From Octopus vulgaris (lineage: Eukaryota): 62,000 nt of DNA. The notes under the pieces are model-generated. The model was not told the DNA's origin and ran no database searches. It saw nothing but the letters and a program-made list of their open reading frames with translations. Location of the stretch: positions 102,382,001 through 102,444,000 of the forward strand of contig OX597821.1 of NCBI GenBank assembly GCA_951406725.2. The letters are read 5' to 3'. Position 1 is the first letter of the stretch; each line of letters opens with the position of its first letter. Positions 11,754-23,970 of this stretch are shown here, one piece after another. The translations under genes and the position numbers were made by a program.

Positions 11754-12185
11754 CAAGATTTGTTCAAAAAGTATCCAACCTTTAAGCATAAAAGAAAAAA
11801 AACATCCCAATTTTGCTCATTTCACAAATTTTATTTAATCACCTTCAAAATAGGCTCCTCAAGAATTCACACACTTCTTCCAGCAGTTCTGCCACTGCTG
11901 GTAACACCTCTGGAATTATATGGAGATCTGCTGTTGCTTTTCTCATAATTTCCCCTCGTGACTCAAATTGCTTCCCTTCCAGTATGGTTTTCAGATAGGG
12001 GACGAGCCAGAAATCATACAGTGCCAAGTCAAAAGAGTTGAACAAATGGTATGTTGTTTTTGACCAGAAAGCTTGGATGATGTGGGCGGAATGAGCAGGT
12101 GTATCGTTGTGGTGAAGTCGCCAATTCTTTGCTGCCCACAAATTTGGCCACTTTCGACTCACAGCATCATGAAGGCGACATATTA
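11754..12185 (-). mobile_element. Mariner (DD34D-type) transposon remnant: transposase C-terminus plus terminal repeat
   Basis: WRLHHNDTPAHSAHII...DLALYDFWLVPYLKTILEGKQFESRGEI (cf. HHDNAPAH...SPDLAPCDFWLFPKLK); TA followed by the TIR-like caagatttgttcaaaaagtatccaacc at 11754. Confidence 0.9.
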
Positions 12186-13576
12186 ATCTCCACTTGAGTT
12201 CTGGCTATCAACACTGTCAGATTCCAGACAAGTATAGAAAATCCTGGCTTCACTTGACAACCATTGTTGGTGTGTTTACATCCCCCATAACTTAGTGGTT
12301 TGGTAAAAGAGACCAATAGAATAAGTACTATGCTTAAAAAGTAAGTTCTGGGGTTGATTTGCTCAACTAAAGCCCTTCAAGGCAGTGCTCCATCATGGTC
12401 ACAATGAAATGACTGAAACAAGTAAAGGAGTAAAAGAGTGGCAACAATTCCTTATTTTCTTTTGCCAATTGTTTTGTTAACCTAGAAGGTCCCATAGTTA
12501 CGCTCATTTAGGTGGAATTATAATTCAAAATCACAAGTCCTGTCCTTGTTGCAGTGTAATAGCTTGGATACCTCAATGACTGAGGGCTATGCCAGCAGAG
12601 ATCAAGCTCTTGATAGAGCCTTTCATACTAGACAGGTCGAAAAATAGAGGCCAGACTAATGTGGGTCACCTCTTTCCTGAAGTAAAAATTGGATTTTGTA
12701 GGGACAACACCCCTACCTAGAAAAATGCAAAGTTACAGAAGCATTGCCGACAATTCAAAGCCAACAAGACTTGGGAGAGGAAGACCTTCCCTTAAAGAAA
12801 CCGATGACAAAGCAGCAAAATTCTAAAGGAAGCTACAAGGAAAAGCAGAAAAGATAGTCCAGCATTGAGAAGAGTGAAGGTACATTGTCCATGGTCTATG
12901 TCCCTGGGGGAATGAAGGATTTAAGTGAAGTGGTATCTCAAAAACTTTGATGCTTCTTTCTGGTGATGTTACTCTTAGTATTACATTTCCTCACATTCTG
13001 TCCTTTTGGTGAGGCCAACTCAGCCAAAGGAATTCCCCCAACTGCAGCATTTTATTTGAATGTAACAAGGATTTTACATGACATAAATTGGCTCCACTCT
13101 CACTTCACAGTCAAGTGGTTAACAGTAAGTGGGACATCCTGCAGTATTTAAGTACCACCACCTCCCGTCATAATGGCTCAAATGTCCAAATTTGTATAAA
13201 ACAATCCCAGCTATATGAGGTTATACGTCATAAATACCAATTTTAGACAAACGCAAAATTATGCTATAGTGCTGAACAATGAAGCTTCTTAATATACTTG
13301 CCCAAAGTGCTATGCAGTGAGATTGAACCCAAGCCATGTGGATGGGAGGCAAACTTCTTAACCACATGGCTATGCTATATACGTACCAAATTGCATCTAC
13401 ACACACATATACACTGTGCAGAATTACACATACTGCTTCAATTCTCGTGTGCTGTTTGATGTATTTGACAATAGTCTCCATTGCAAGTCATTGATAATAG
13501 TGTCTTAGACGAATTATCATGAAAACAGCAACACATTAAATAGTGAATGTCTTCTTCACATCAATTTCCTGTACAG

Positions 13577-13677
13577 AAAAATCTGCTTGCTGAATGGTGG
13601 TCTTGGATTATTGGTGATTTGGGATCTGCACTACCATGCCTCCAACGAACAAAAGGAAGAAGGAATACAGGAGACGT
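13577..13677 (+). other. Candidate internal exon (ttcctgtacag acceptor; CGT|gtaagc donor)
   Basis: Two open frames: KNLLAEWWSWIIGDLGSALPCLQRTKGRRNTGD or KICLLNGGLGLLVIWDLHYHASNEQKEEGIQET; could instead be an old TE remnant. Confidence 0.25.
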
Positions 13678-13699
13678 GTAAGCTGTAACAAAGTGCAGA

Positions 13700-14612
13700 A
13701 CATATAGGACAGCAGCAATTTTGAGGAGGTGGGGACATGTTGATTACAATGAGTGCAGTACTTGACTGTTACTTTATTTTATTGATCCTGGAAGGATGGA
13801 AGGCATACTTGACCTTGGAGGGATATGAACTCAGGAGGAAATATTAAGCATTTTCTCTGATGCACTAATGATTCTGCCAGTTCTCCACAACAACAACAAC
13901 AATAATAATGGGCTTAAATTTTGCTACAAGGGCAGTAGTTTTGAGGAGGTGGGAATCAGTCAATTACATCAACCCCAGTGTTTAACTGGTACTTATTTTA
14001 TTGACTGCAAAAGGATGAAAGGCAAAGTTGACCTCAGAACATATGAACTCAGGAGGAAATATTAAGCATTTTCTCTGATGCACTAATGATTCTGCCAGTT
14101 CTCCACAACAACAACAACAATAATAATGGGCTTAAATTTTGCTACAAGGGCAGGCCTGAAAGTTTGAGGGAAGGGGTAAGCTGATTACAGTGAACCCAGT
14201 GCTCAACTGGAACTTACTGATGTAAAAGGATGAAAAGCAAAGTTGACCTCAGCAGAATTTGAACTTGGAACCAGATGAAATGCTGGTAACAATAATAATA
14301 ATCCTTTCTACAATAGGCACAAAGCCTGGAATTTATAAGGAGAGAACTAGTTGATTATATTGATCCTAGCACATGACTGGTACTTATTTCATCGACCCTG
14401 AAAAGATGAAGGGCAAAGTTGATAAAAATGGTTTCCAATTTTAGCAGAAGGCCAATAGTTTTGATGGAAGAGGTAGGTAACCCCTTAGGAACCCTGAAAG
14501 GATAAACAGGTATAGTTAGCCTCAGTGGGATTTGAACTCAGAACATAACATGTTGGAGGAAATGCTACTTAGCAGTTTGTTGGATGCACTAATGATTCTG
14601 CCAGCTCAGCAC
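13700..14612 (-). mobile_element. Head-to-tail array of ~5 SINE family A copies separated by (AAC/AAT)n
   Basis: Repeated actggtacttattt...gatgaaaggcaaagttgacct...gattctgccag units. Confidence 0.85.
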
Positions 14613-15686
14613 GACAGTAACTCAACATGATAAGACTAGAGGGAACTCCTTAGTCCTGTCCAGACAATCTCTCTAGTGGCAGTAATATGATAAACTGCAC
14701 TCAGTCTATACTTCATACTGTAAAAAAACAAACCTACTTGCCATACAAAAGGAATTAGCAGTTTTCTCTTTTGGTGTGTGTATGTGTGTGTACTAGATGA
14801 CATGCAGTGAGGTACCAAGCAGGAGCTGACCCATGCAACATATGCTGCCATAGACGAGTTGACAGTTTTCACTGGCATATGTTGGAGGAAGTAAAATAGC
14901 TTTTTTATAGAGTTTATAGATAGTACTTACCACCAAGTCAGTCCTGACTGAACAGACTTACGATGAAAGATATTCCAGCCTCAACTGTCCAGTCTGTTTT
15001 TCAGAAACAGAAGGGTATGAACTGGAGTTTTTATTTTGCTTTTGATCTGCTGTTCTTAGGTCATGAGTAATAAATATCTTTGATCTGATAAAAATCACTT
15101 TGCAACCAACAATCCTTTCATATATCGCTGTTGTTGTGATTGTCCTTATCATAATTTAACATCCACTTTTCCATGCTTGCACAAGCCAAATGGGATTTGT
15201 TCAGGCAGATTTTCTTCCTGCTGCCAACTCCCACCTGTTTCCAAGGTAATATTTCCCCATGGCCAGACGTGTTTTACACAGAAGACTGGAAACAAGCAGT
15301 CTCATTTGTATGATGATGATGATGATGATGTTCATTTACAACCATCACATGATGTCTAAACAAGAACATGCACACACACACACACACACACAATGGGCAT
15401 TTTTTAGTTTCCATCTACTAACTCAACAGATAAGGCCTTGGTTAATCCAAGGCTTTAGCAAGAGACACTTGCTTAGGGTACCATGCAGTCAGCTGACCCC
15501 AAGACTACAAGGTTGGGAAGTAAACTTCTTAACCACACAGCCATGCCTGCATATATACCACTGTCTTGACAACTATCACCTGTTTCATGTGTTTGTATTT
15601 CTCTCACTTATAGTTCCTGGGTTGACCAATGCTTTGTGAATGAATTTTGGTGGACAGAAACTGTACAAAAACCCATCATATATATA

Positions 15687-16160
15687 TATCATCATCATCG
15701 TCGTTTAACGTCCGTTCTCCATGCTAGCATGGGTTGGACGGTTCGACCGGGGATCTGGGAAGCCAGAAGGCTGCACCAGGCTCCAGTCTTATCTGGCAGT
15801 GTTTCTACAGCTGGATGCCCTTCCTAACGCCAACCACTCCGTGAGTGTAGTGGGTGCTTTTTACGTGCCACCTGCACAGGTGCCAGGCGAGGCTGGCAAC
15901 GGCCACGGTCGGATTGGTGTATTTTATGTGCCACCAGCACGGAAGCCAGACGAGGCGGTGCTGGCATCGGCTACGAGTCGGATGGTGCTTTTTACGTACC
16001 ACCAGACCAGGGATCCTGGCTGGTTCAATTCGATTTCGATTTCGCTTGCCCCAACATGTCTTCGCAAGCAAGGGGGTTGGCATGGGTGCCTGTTGTACGG
16101 TCAGATTGGTGTATTTTACGTGCCACCGGCACGGAAGCCAGTGGAGGCGGCACTGGCATA
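15687..16160 (-). mobile_element. RTE 3' UTR family C, low-divergence copy with internal VNTR
   Basis: catcatcatcgtcgtttaacgtccgttctccatgctagc...; close to the inverted copy at 36170-36660. Confidence 0.9.
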
Positions 16161-17216
16161 TATATATATCTATATGTGTTTGTCTCTACATAGACACCAC
16201 TTGCGTTGTGGTAACATTTGTTCTACAGCGCAGTGTTTCAATGCACACCTTACTCGAAAACGTGTAAGGATTAGTACCAAGAAGGCATCCAACTATAGAA
16301 CACTGTTTCAAGAAGTGTTGCCAAAACGATGGCCATGGACAAAGTGATTGTAAAAACAAAATAATGATGGTGATGGTGTCCATGACTTTTCATTATCAAA
16401 GGTGATTGACCTCATTAACCTTTTTTTTTGAGAAAATCTGGCATCTACCCACAACAGCTAAGAGCCTAGTTAATAGGGATTTGAATTCATAAATCATGAA
16501 CAGGTAGCCCAATACTTCATCAGCTCAGCATTTAGCTTCTCTTTTTAGCAGGATACACATAAAAAAAAAATGTATGCTTGACCACTGTGCTAATATGATC
16601 ACTTGCAGGAATCCTAATAGATTTAATTTAATTACCTAATCATCCTGTAGTTAGATCTCATAAGACAAATTCAGTGAAGTAGTTATCCTATCATGAATAC
16701 TAATAAACATTAACTCATTAATATACAAACAGCATACAGATATGCTAATGATCAATTATCGATACATTGATTATCAAGGAGTTCTCAGGATATTCATTTT
16801 CTTTCATCTTTGTTTTGCTTTTTTGTTTCTTTTTCTTATAATTTTTTCATTAATTCCTTTATTCATTTATTTATTTATTTTAGGAATACAGAATTATCTA
16901 GACTTCCTCTATGTGATACTATTCATTATCTAGATTTGGTAATATATCACCAACCATGTTAAAATATCCACTTTTCCATGCATGCATGGGTCGGATGGAA
17001 TTTGTTGAGTTGGATTTTTCTATGACTGAATGGCCTTCCTGTTGCCAATCCTCACCTGTTTCCCCATAACCTGACATGTTTTCATGGAAGATTGAAAATG
17101 GAAGACATTGCTTGCATCATGATGGTGACACTCATGTACAACTATCTTGCGAAGTCAAGGCAAGGAGGTAGTTACACACATACTCATACACATAAGTGTA
17201 TGTGTGTGTGTGTGTG

Positions 17217-17252
<36 letters not shown>

Positions 17253-17255
17253 TAT

Positions 17256-17420
17256 AGGCGCAGGAGTGGCTGTGTGGTAAGTAGCTTGCTTACCAACCAC
17301 ATGGTTCTGGGTTCAGTCCCACTCTGTGGCACCTTGGGCAAGTGTCTTCTACTATAGCCTTGGGCTGACCAAAGCCTTGTGAGTGGATTTGGTAGACGGA
17401 AACTGAAAGAAGGCTGTTGT
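17256..17420 (+). mobile_element. SINE family B 5' half
   Basis: ggcgcaggagtggctgtgtggtaagtagcttgcttacc head; interrupted at its microsatellite. Confidence 0.9.
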
Positions 17421-17424
17421 ATAT

Positions 17425-17610
17425 ATCATCATCATCATTTAACATCCGCTTTCCATGCTAGCATGGGTTGGATGGTTCGACCGCGGATCTGGGAAGCCAG
17501 AAGGCTGCACCAGGCTCCAGTCTGATCTGGCAGTGTTTCTACAGCTGGATGCCCTTCCTAATGCCAACCACTCCGAGAGTGTAGTGGGTGCTTTTTACGT
17601 GCCACCCGCA
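17425..17610 (-). mobile_element. RTE 3' UTR family C inserted in SINE B
   Basis: (CAT)n tail on +, family C body. Confidence 0.9.
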
Positions 17611-17689
17611 CACATACACTGATTATATCTGCATGTATTATCTTTATTTTAACATCCATTATATACATATATATCATATATATATATAT

Positions 17690-17698
17690 ATATATGTG

Positions 17699-17758
<60 letters not shown>
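17690..17758. repeat. (TA)n microsatellite, representative of many (e.g. ~7081, 19708, 29373, 30150, 30385, 49940, 51650, 52140, 57437)
   Basis: Direct reading. Confidence 0.95.
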
Positions 17759-17762
<4 letters not shown>

Positions 17763-17773
17763 ATCCAGGCTCC

Positions 17774-17820
<47 letters not shown>

Positions 17821-17894
17821 GTGTGTGTGTATATGTTTGTGTGTCTGTTTGTCCCCCCAACATGTCAAGCTAAATGAATTGTGGTTGTTACCAG

Positions 17895-18076
17895 TGCTGG
17901 TGACATGTAAAAACACACAGCACACGTGGTTGGTGTTAGGAAGGGCATCCAGCTGTAGAAACCAAGCCAAAACAGATGGCTGGAGCCTGGTGCAGCTCTC
18001 CAGTTTACCAGTTCCAATCAAGCCATCTAACCCATGCTAGCATGGAAAATGGATGTTAAATGATGATGATGATGAT
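17895..18076 (+). mobile_element. RTE 3' UTR family C
   Basis: ggtgttaggaagggcatccagctgtagaaac...(GAT)n. Confidence 0.85.
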
Positions 18077-18085
18077 GCGCTAGAG

Positions 18086-18427
18086 CATATGTTCTCAAAG
18101 TGGCTACTACTGCCCCCTCCACCCCCTGTGGGCGTTGAAGATGGTCCAGGTGGGCGCTGGTGCCTAAGGTGGAAGTGGGGGCAGTAGAGAAAAAGGAGGA
18201 GTTGCGAGGAAGGCAGTGGATTGGGGTACGCTATGAATTTATTATAATATTATTATAGTATTGTATTCAAATTATATAATATTATATTAAATATGAAATG
18301 ATTCATAATATATATAAATTAGTAAAATATAAAATATGCATTTATACATAAAAATAGGGGTGGGGACGCTGAGGGTATTATGTGGCCATGAGTGGGGGTG
18401 GTGGTCCAAAAAGTTTGAGAACCTCTG
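18086..18427. mobile_element. hAT (Charlie-like) MITE with 8-bp target-site duplication
   Basis: TIRs catatgttctcaaagt / agtttgagaacctctg; flanks cgctagag (18078-18085) and cactagag (18428-18435). Confidence 0.85.
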
Positions 18428-18645
18428 CACTAGAGTGTAACCTGTCATATGATGGGCAAATGAACCAACCTTTATCAGCTATTATACTGAGACACACACA
18501 TACCATATATAATTTTATTGTACCTGAACTTCTTTTATATCTGTCACTCAGGTTACTCAAGGATTTTCTCTGTTGGCTGAAGGAATTAACAAAAGTTCCC
18601 ATTTCTAAGAACGATAAAAACTAAATCAATAAAAATCACACTTAC

Positions 18646-18700
18646 CTTTAATATCTACTTTCTATTCCAGATGTGTCAAAGTTAAAAACATATTTAATTC
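18646..18700 (-). other. Candidate 55-nt exon with strong splice sites; every frame contains a stop
   Basis: ttttctttttcaacag|GAATT...TAAAG|gtaagt. Confidence 0.45.
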
Positions 18701-18944
18701 CTGTTGAAAAAGAAAATAAATTGTTATTTATTTAATTGGTATTAATTAACCCAACACTCCACAAAAAAAAAAAAGAAAAATAAATACACAAGCCAGAGAT
18801 AGAAAATGGCAAAGTGATGAGGTAAGCTGAGCTTCAATCAAAGTTTTAAGAGGAGTTAAGGTAAGAGACAAACTTATAGTTGTTAGAATTACCATATTTA
18901 CTTATGCTTAAGTTGCACTGTTTTATATATAATTTTAACTGAAA

Positions 18945-19130
18945 ATTTGGAGTGGTGGCACGTAAAAGCACCCACTACACTCTTGGAGTGGTTGGTGTTA
19001 GGAAGGGAATCCAGCTGTAGAAACTCTGCCAGATCAAGATTGGAGCCTGGTGCAGCCATCCGGTTCACCAGTCCTCAGTCAAATCGTCCAGCCCATGCGA
19101 GCATGGAAAGCGGATGTTAACTGATGATGA
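18945..19130 (+). mobile_element. RTE 3' UTR family C
   Basis: Family C 3' end sequence. Confidence 0.9.
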
Positions 19131-19706
19131 CTTATACCAGGGGTAAAGCTACAACTGTGAAAGGAAAAAATTCGGTACAAAGACTTAACACTAAAGTAGG
19201 AGTGCGAGTAATACATTATTCTATTTTCTATTGCAAGTCCCCTCCAAATACCCAATCAATTGAAAACACTTTAGCATGGCTGGATTCAGCCAGACATTTT
19301 TCTCCCTTTATTGTGTTTGCAACTTGAAGCATAATTTACACTCATTCTGTTGTTGTTTTAGGAAACTGCAGATAAAAACAAATAAACGATAAAATATACC
19401 ATGGCATGTTCTGCTGAAGCTTGTGTTTTTCTATCATCTCACTTGCACTACAGCATTACTACACCCTACTGTTACACATTCAGTGAGGAATGCTCTCTTC
19501 ATTTCTTCCCAGCATTTATGCATTGTCTGCATTCAATGCTCTCGTTCTATTAATGTATGCACAGGCATGGCTGTGTGATGCAGGTCACTTTGCAACCACA
19601 TGGGTTTCAGGCTCAGTTCCATTATAGTGGCACCTTGAGCAAGTGTCTTCCACTATTGCTAATAACATAATAGAACATTATAGCACAAAAGCATAACTTG
19701 TATTTA

Positions 19707-19760
<54 letters not shown>

Positions 19761-19773
19761 TTTCACTCCTAAG

Positions 19774-19859
19774 ACAGAAGGAATGTTCTTGAGCCTTCCT
19801 GGCACATCCAGTTTTTCAAAGAATTTCTTATTCCAAATGACTTGGAGAGCATGAAGCAA
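19774..19859 (+). other. Candidate internal coding exon (RRNVLEPSWHIQFFKEFLIPNDLESMKQ)
   Basis: ctttcactcctaag acceptor after (TA)n; CAA|gtgagc donor; open frame in unique sequence. Confidence 0.3.
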
Positions 19860-20460
19860 GTGAGCTATATATTGACAGAAGAAATTCTAACAGAATAGAT
19901 GAACTTGTGACTTTGAAATAAATGAGTGGCAGATGTAAAGGAACACATACATTATTTAATAAACACGAGATATAAATGTAAGTTGCTATAAGTTTCCTGC
20001 TCTGCTGTACAGCAATCAGACATGTTTGACTGACTATTGTACTATTGGAGCTTTCATGAGTCAGAGAGAACTTGTTGAGACAGATTTTCTATGCCCAGAT
20101 GCCCTTCCTGTCAACAATCTTCACCTGTTTCCAAGTAAAAATAATACTTCCCCACAGTTAGACATGTTTTCAACAGAAGAGAAGAAAGAAACAACCTCAC
20201 TCGTATAACAATAATGCTCTTTTACGATTATCACATGATGTCTAAACAAAGGCATATACTAACACACACACACATGATGGGTTACTTTCAGTTTCCCTCA
20301 ATCAAACCCACTCACAAGGCTTTGGTTGACCTGGGGCTATAATAGAAGACACTTGACCAAAATGCCGTGCAGTGCGACTGACCGCAAGGCCGTATGGTTG
20401 GGAAGCAAGCTTCTCAAGCACACAGTCACACCTGCAAACACACACACACACACACACACT

Positions 20461-20590
20461 TTTAATAATATTTAGCAGAAGTAACTGAGTGACTCAAAGT
20501 CTGAGAGTTTCATGCACTGGCATTTAAGTGCCAATGCATGAAACTCTCAGACGTTTTGTCATTTTGTCACTTCTGCTAAATATTAATAAA
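20461..20590. mobile_element. Palindromic MITE-like element
   Basis: Outer arms atatttagcagaagt / acttctgctaaatat and inner arms tctgagagtttcatgca / tgcatgaaactctcaga; a related left arm occurs at ~24301. Confidence 0.75.
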
Positions 20591-20597
20591 AATATTC

Positions 20598-21320
20598 AGA
20601 GTGTAAGCGCCCTGAGAGAACAGTTGGACATATGAAGCATCAGATGTGGTGTGCTAGAGAGACGACTACGTTGGTAGGGTCATGTGTTGTGTATGGATGA
20701 GGATAGCTGTGTGAAGAAGTGTCGCACCCTAACAGTGGAGGGAACTTGTGGAAGAGGTAGACCCAGGAGGACAGGAGGTGAAGTGATGGAGCACGATCTT
20801 CGAATATTGGGCTTCACAGAAGCAATGACAAGCGACCGAGACCTTTGGAGATATGCTATAGTTTAGAAGACCGGGCAAACCAAGTCAGCTTGTAGCCGTG
20901 ATTGATGCCAGTGTCACATAACTGGCCTGTTTAAAAGTATCCTTCAATTGTTGGGGCAATATGTTATACTTGAGAAGACCTGCTGAGTCAAGTGAAATCG
21001 TGGTCATGGCCAATGCCAATGCTAGTGGCACATAAAAAACACTATTTGAGCGTGGTCAATGCCAGTGCTGCTTGACTGGCCCCTGTGTCGGTGGCATGTA
21101 AAAAGCACCATTTGAGCATGGTTGATGCTAGTGCTGCCTAACTCGCCCCCATAAAAAGCACCCACTACACTCAGTGGTTGGCTTAGGAAGGGCATCCAGC
21201 TTTAGAAACCTTGCCAGATCAGACTGGAGCCTGGTTCAGCCTCCTGGCTCGCCAGCCCTCGGTCAAACTGCCCAACCCATGTCAGCATGGAAAGTGGACG
21301 TTAAACGATAATGATGATGA
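20598..21320 (+). mobile_element. 5'-truncated RTE-clade LINE (ORF C-terminus, VNTR 3' UTR, (GAT)n tail)
   Basis: RRLRW*GHVLCMDEDSCVKKC...GRGRPRRT...DLRILG...DRDLWRYA runs directly into family C sequence, showing family C is the RTE 3' UTR. Confidence 0.9.
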
Positions 21321-21376
21321 TACATACTCATATTTTGAGTTCTATTTTCCCTGTTTGCACCAACATACATACATAC

Positions 21377-21430
<54 letters not shown>

Positions 21431-21907
21431 GTACAAATCCCATACCCAGTCCACGCTGTAAAAATACACAACACCAAAGTGAGAAGGTTTTCTTTGTGTA
21501 AGATGACATGGACCATGACAACTTGTCCAACTCATGAAAGCATGAAAGAAAAAAAAAACCTACTGATATAATATGACAATGATTAATGACAATATCTATG
21601 AGTAAAGATTTTTCATAATATAAACACATGCTTGCACACATCAACAAACTTGAGCATCGCTACACACAAAATACAGACAATGCATTTTAGATGTAAGTTA
21701 TCTCAAAATGAATTACAATAGTTTATTTAGCCATTTGTAATTTTCAGTTTTATTGTACTGGTTTACAACAAGTGTTAGGTGAATGACACAATTAATCAGC
21801 TTATGGAGAAATTGAAACAGACAGGACATTGATCTTTCATCAGAGGCAGTCATTTTTCTTGGTAACTTTACAGCTTATAAAAAGAGCCAACACAGATGCC
21901 TACTTAC

Positions 21908-21954
21908 AGATCCAGATTGAAAATATAAATAAACAATTTCAGTATTTTTACCTG
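21908..21954 (-). other. Candidate short exon (NAGNAG acceptor; TCT|gtaagt donor)
   Basis: ttttcattctttag|cag|...GGATCT|gtaagt; an open frame reads GKNTEIVYLYFQSGS. Confidence 0.3.
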
Positions 21955-22278
21955 CTAAAGAATGAAAATATATATATATATATATATATAGTCTGCTGAA
22001 ATGATTCGAAAACACAACACCTAATAACCTAATGATATAGCTTTACTACTGCTCTGATGAGATTTTGCCTAATATAATGATTTAATTATTGCTATTTAAC
22101 CTTTTAGGCTTAATTGAAACAGCTGTAAGAGAATATGTTGGATTTTTGCAGATAATGAATTATATTAATGCTACAACTCCATTTTCTCAAGATAATTCTC
22201 CTAAATAAAGAAGACAAGACTGAGAATAATGAAGAATGTGAGGGAGAGCCTGCATTAACACATGTTTATAGATTGCTG

Positions 22279-22296
22279 AACCAATGAGAGGGGCGG
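22279..22296 (+). promoter_or_regulatory. CCAAT box plus GC box
   Basis: aaccaatgag directly followed by ggggcgg; TATATAAAA at ~22384. Confidence 0.35.
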
Positions 22297-22532
22297 CTGG
22301 TGCCATTGAGTGAGCCACTATACAACAAACAGAAATAACAGCTCAATCAGTCTTAAAAGCTAACCTGCTATTTCAGTTGCTAATATATAAAATGAAAGAA
22401 TGGTCTCAGCTGGAACATCATTGTATGTCAGAGATGATCTGAAGCTAAACACTATATTTAATGGTTCTACATGTCCAAGGGCCAAATCCTGTGAGCAACC
22501 ACAACCTGTGATTAAAACTGATACAAAAGACT

Positions 22533-22935
22533 GCGCTGAGTTGCTGTGTGGTAAGAAGCTTACTTCCCAATCATATGGTTACAGGTTCAGTCCCACTGTG
22601 AGGAACTTTGGGCAAGTGTCTTCTACAATAACCTTGGGCCAATGAAAGTCTTGTGAGTGGATTTTGTAGACGGAAAGTGAAAAGAAGCCTGTTGTATATA
22701 TATTTGTGTATGGATGTGTGTGTGTGTTTATGTTTGTGCCCAACTGCTGTTTGACAATTAATATTGGTGAGTTTATGTACCCATAACTTAGCAGTTCAGT
22801 AAAGGGGTCTGATAGAATAAGTACCAGGTTTAAAAAAATAAAATTAAACACTGGAATTGATTCATTCAACTAAAATTCTTTAAGGTGGTGCCTCAGCATG
22901 GCCACAATCTAGTGACTAAAACAAGTAAAAGAGTA
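22533..22935 (+). mobile_element. SINE family B, full length
   Basis: Family head, central (TG)n and tail present. Confidence 0.9.
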
Positions 22936-23671
22936 AAATGAAATAACAAAGCTAAATACTAGACACGTACATGGGGAGGACTTAAATAAAATATCACAAA
23001 TCAGGATGCTTAATAAAGACTCCTTAATATAAGAGAGATAAGGGACAGCCAGGAAACAATGTTAAGTGAAAATCTTGGAGGCAAACTGATAGATAAAGAC
23101 ACCTGAGGCATAAACTACAACTAGAATTAGAAAAGACAAGCTCATTAAGGAACCTCTAATGGTCACATGACCTCCTAGAAATAGCAGTCAAATCTCCTTT
23201 AAATTACAGCCTATTGTCTTAAAACAAAAAGAGGAGAAAGGACACTGAATAAGATAATCTTTACAAGGAAAGTGGAGATTGATGGTCATGGCTGGAACAC
23301 ATCATTATCATCGTTTAACGTCCGCTTTCCATGCTAGCATGTGTTGGACGATTTTGACTGAGGGCTGGCGAACCAGATGGCTGCACCAGGCTTCAATCTT
23401 GATTTGGCAGAGTTTCTACAGCTGGAACACATTTCATTATAATATGTCTACTTAATCTGGGCTGACCTAAGGCTAAGCAATTACAGCACAACCAATTATA
23501 ATCTCTCGAGTCTTGCATGCATTATCCTGGCCTCTTCAAATGCTAGATACGATAGAGCTGTTATCACTGATAACAGCTATATTGTATCTAGAGGGATTTG
23601 TTCATCACAGCAATTAATTAATGCATCACACTGCAAGTGAGGCAATGAATTTCGTATGAAGGCGAACAAAA

Positions 23672-23970
23672 GTGTGGAGTGGAGTGAAAGCATTTGAAGA
23701 GGCCAGGATAATGCATGCAAGACTCAAGAGAGATTTAAAGAAGAATGTTACGATCAAGAAGGTGAATCACCATGACCTTTTTGTGTGCACAGTTTGTGAC
23801 AGACCATGCCTTTCTTTTGCTGGGCTCAAATCTCGTTTGCGAACCCATGGAAAATGAACCTCCACCAGCTATTCTGCCTATATGCCTGTGCACACCTTTC
23901 AATGCAATGTATGCCAGAAGGTTTGCAAATCTAACAGGCCTCAAAAGACATTTTAAGATCCACAAATATC
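23672..23970 (+). mobile_element. RTE/RTEX-type LINE C-terminus with two C2H2-like zinc fingers
   Basis: WSGVKAFEEARIMHARLKR...FVCTVCDRPCLSFAGLKSRLRTHGK, then a frameshifted FQCNVCQKVCKS/LTGLKRHFKIHK. Confidence 0.75.

Noticed and set aside
16229-16263. 35-nt + exon candidate open in all frames
   Set aside because: It is contiguous with and resembles decayed family C sequence.
15721-16347. Long ORFs (208 aa here; 149 aa at 36180-36629; 204 aa at 51632-52246)
   Set aside because: They lie wholly within the RTE 3' UTR repeat (family C); recurrent antisense frames of a repeat, not host genes.
17256-17330. SINE heads as tRNA genes
   Set aside because: They have A/B-box remnants only, no cloverleaf, and continue into SINE bodies.
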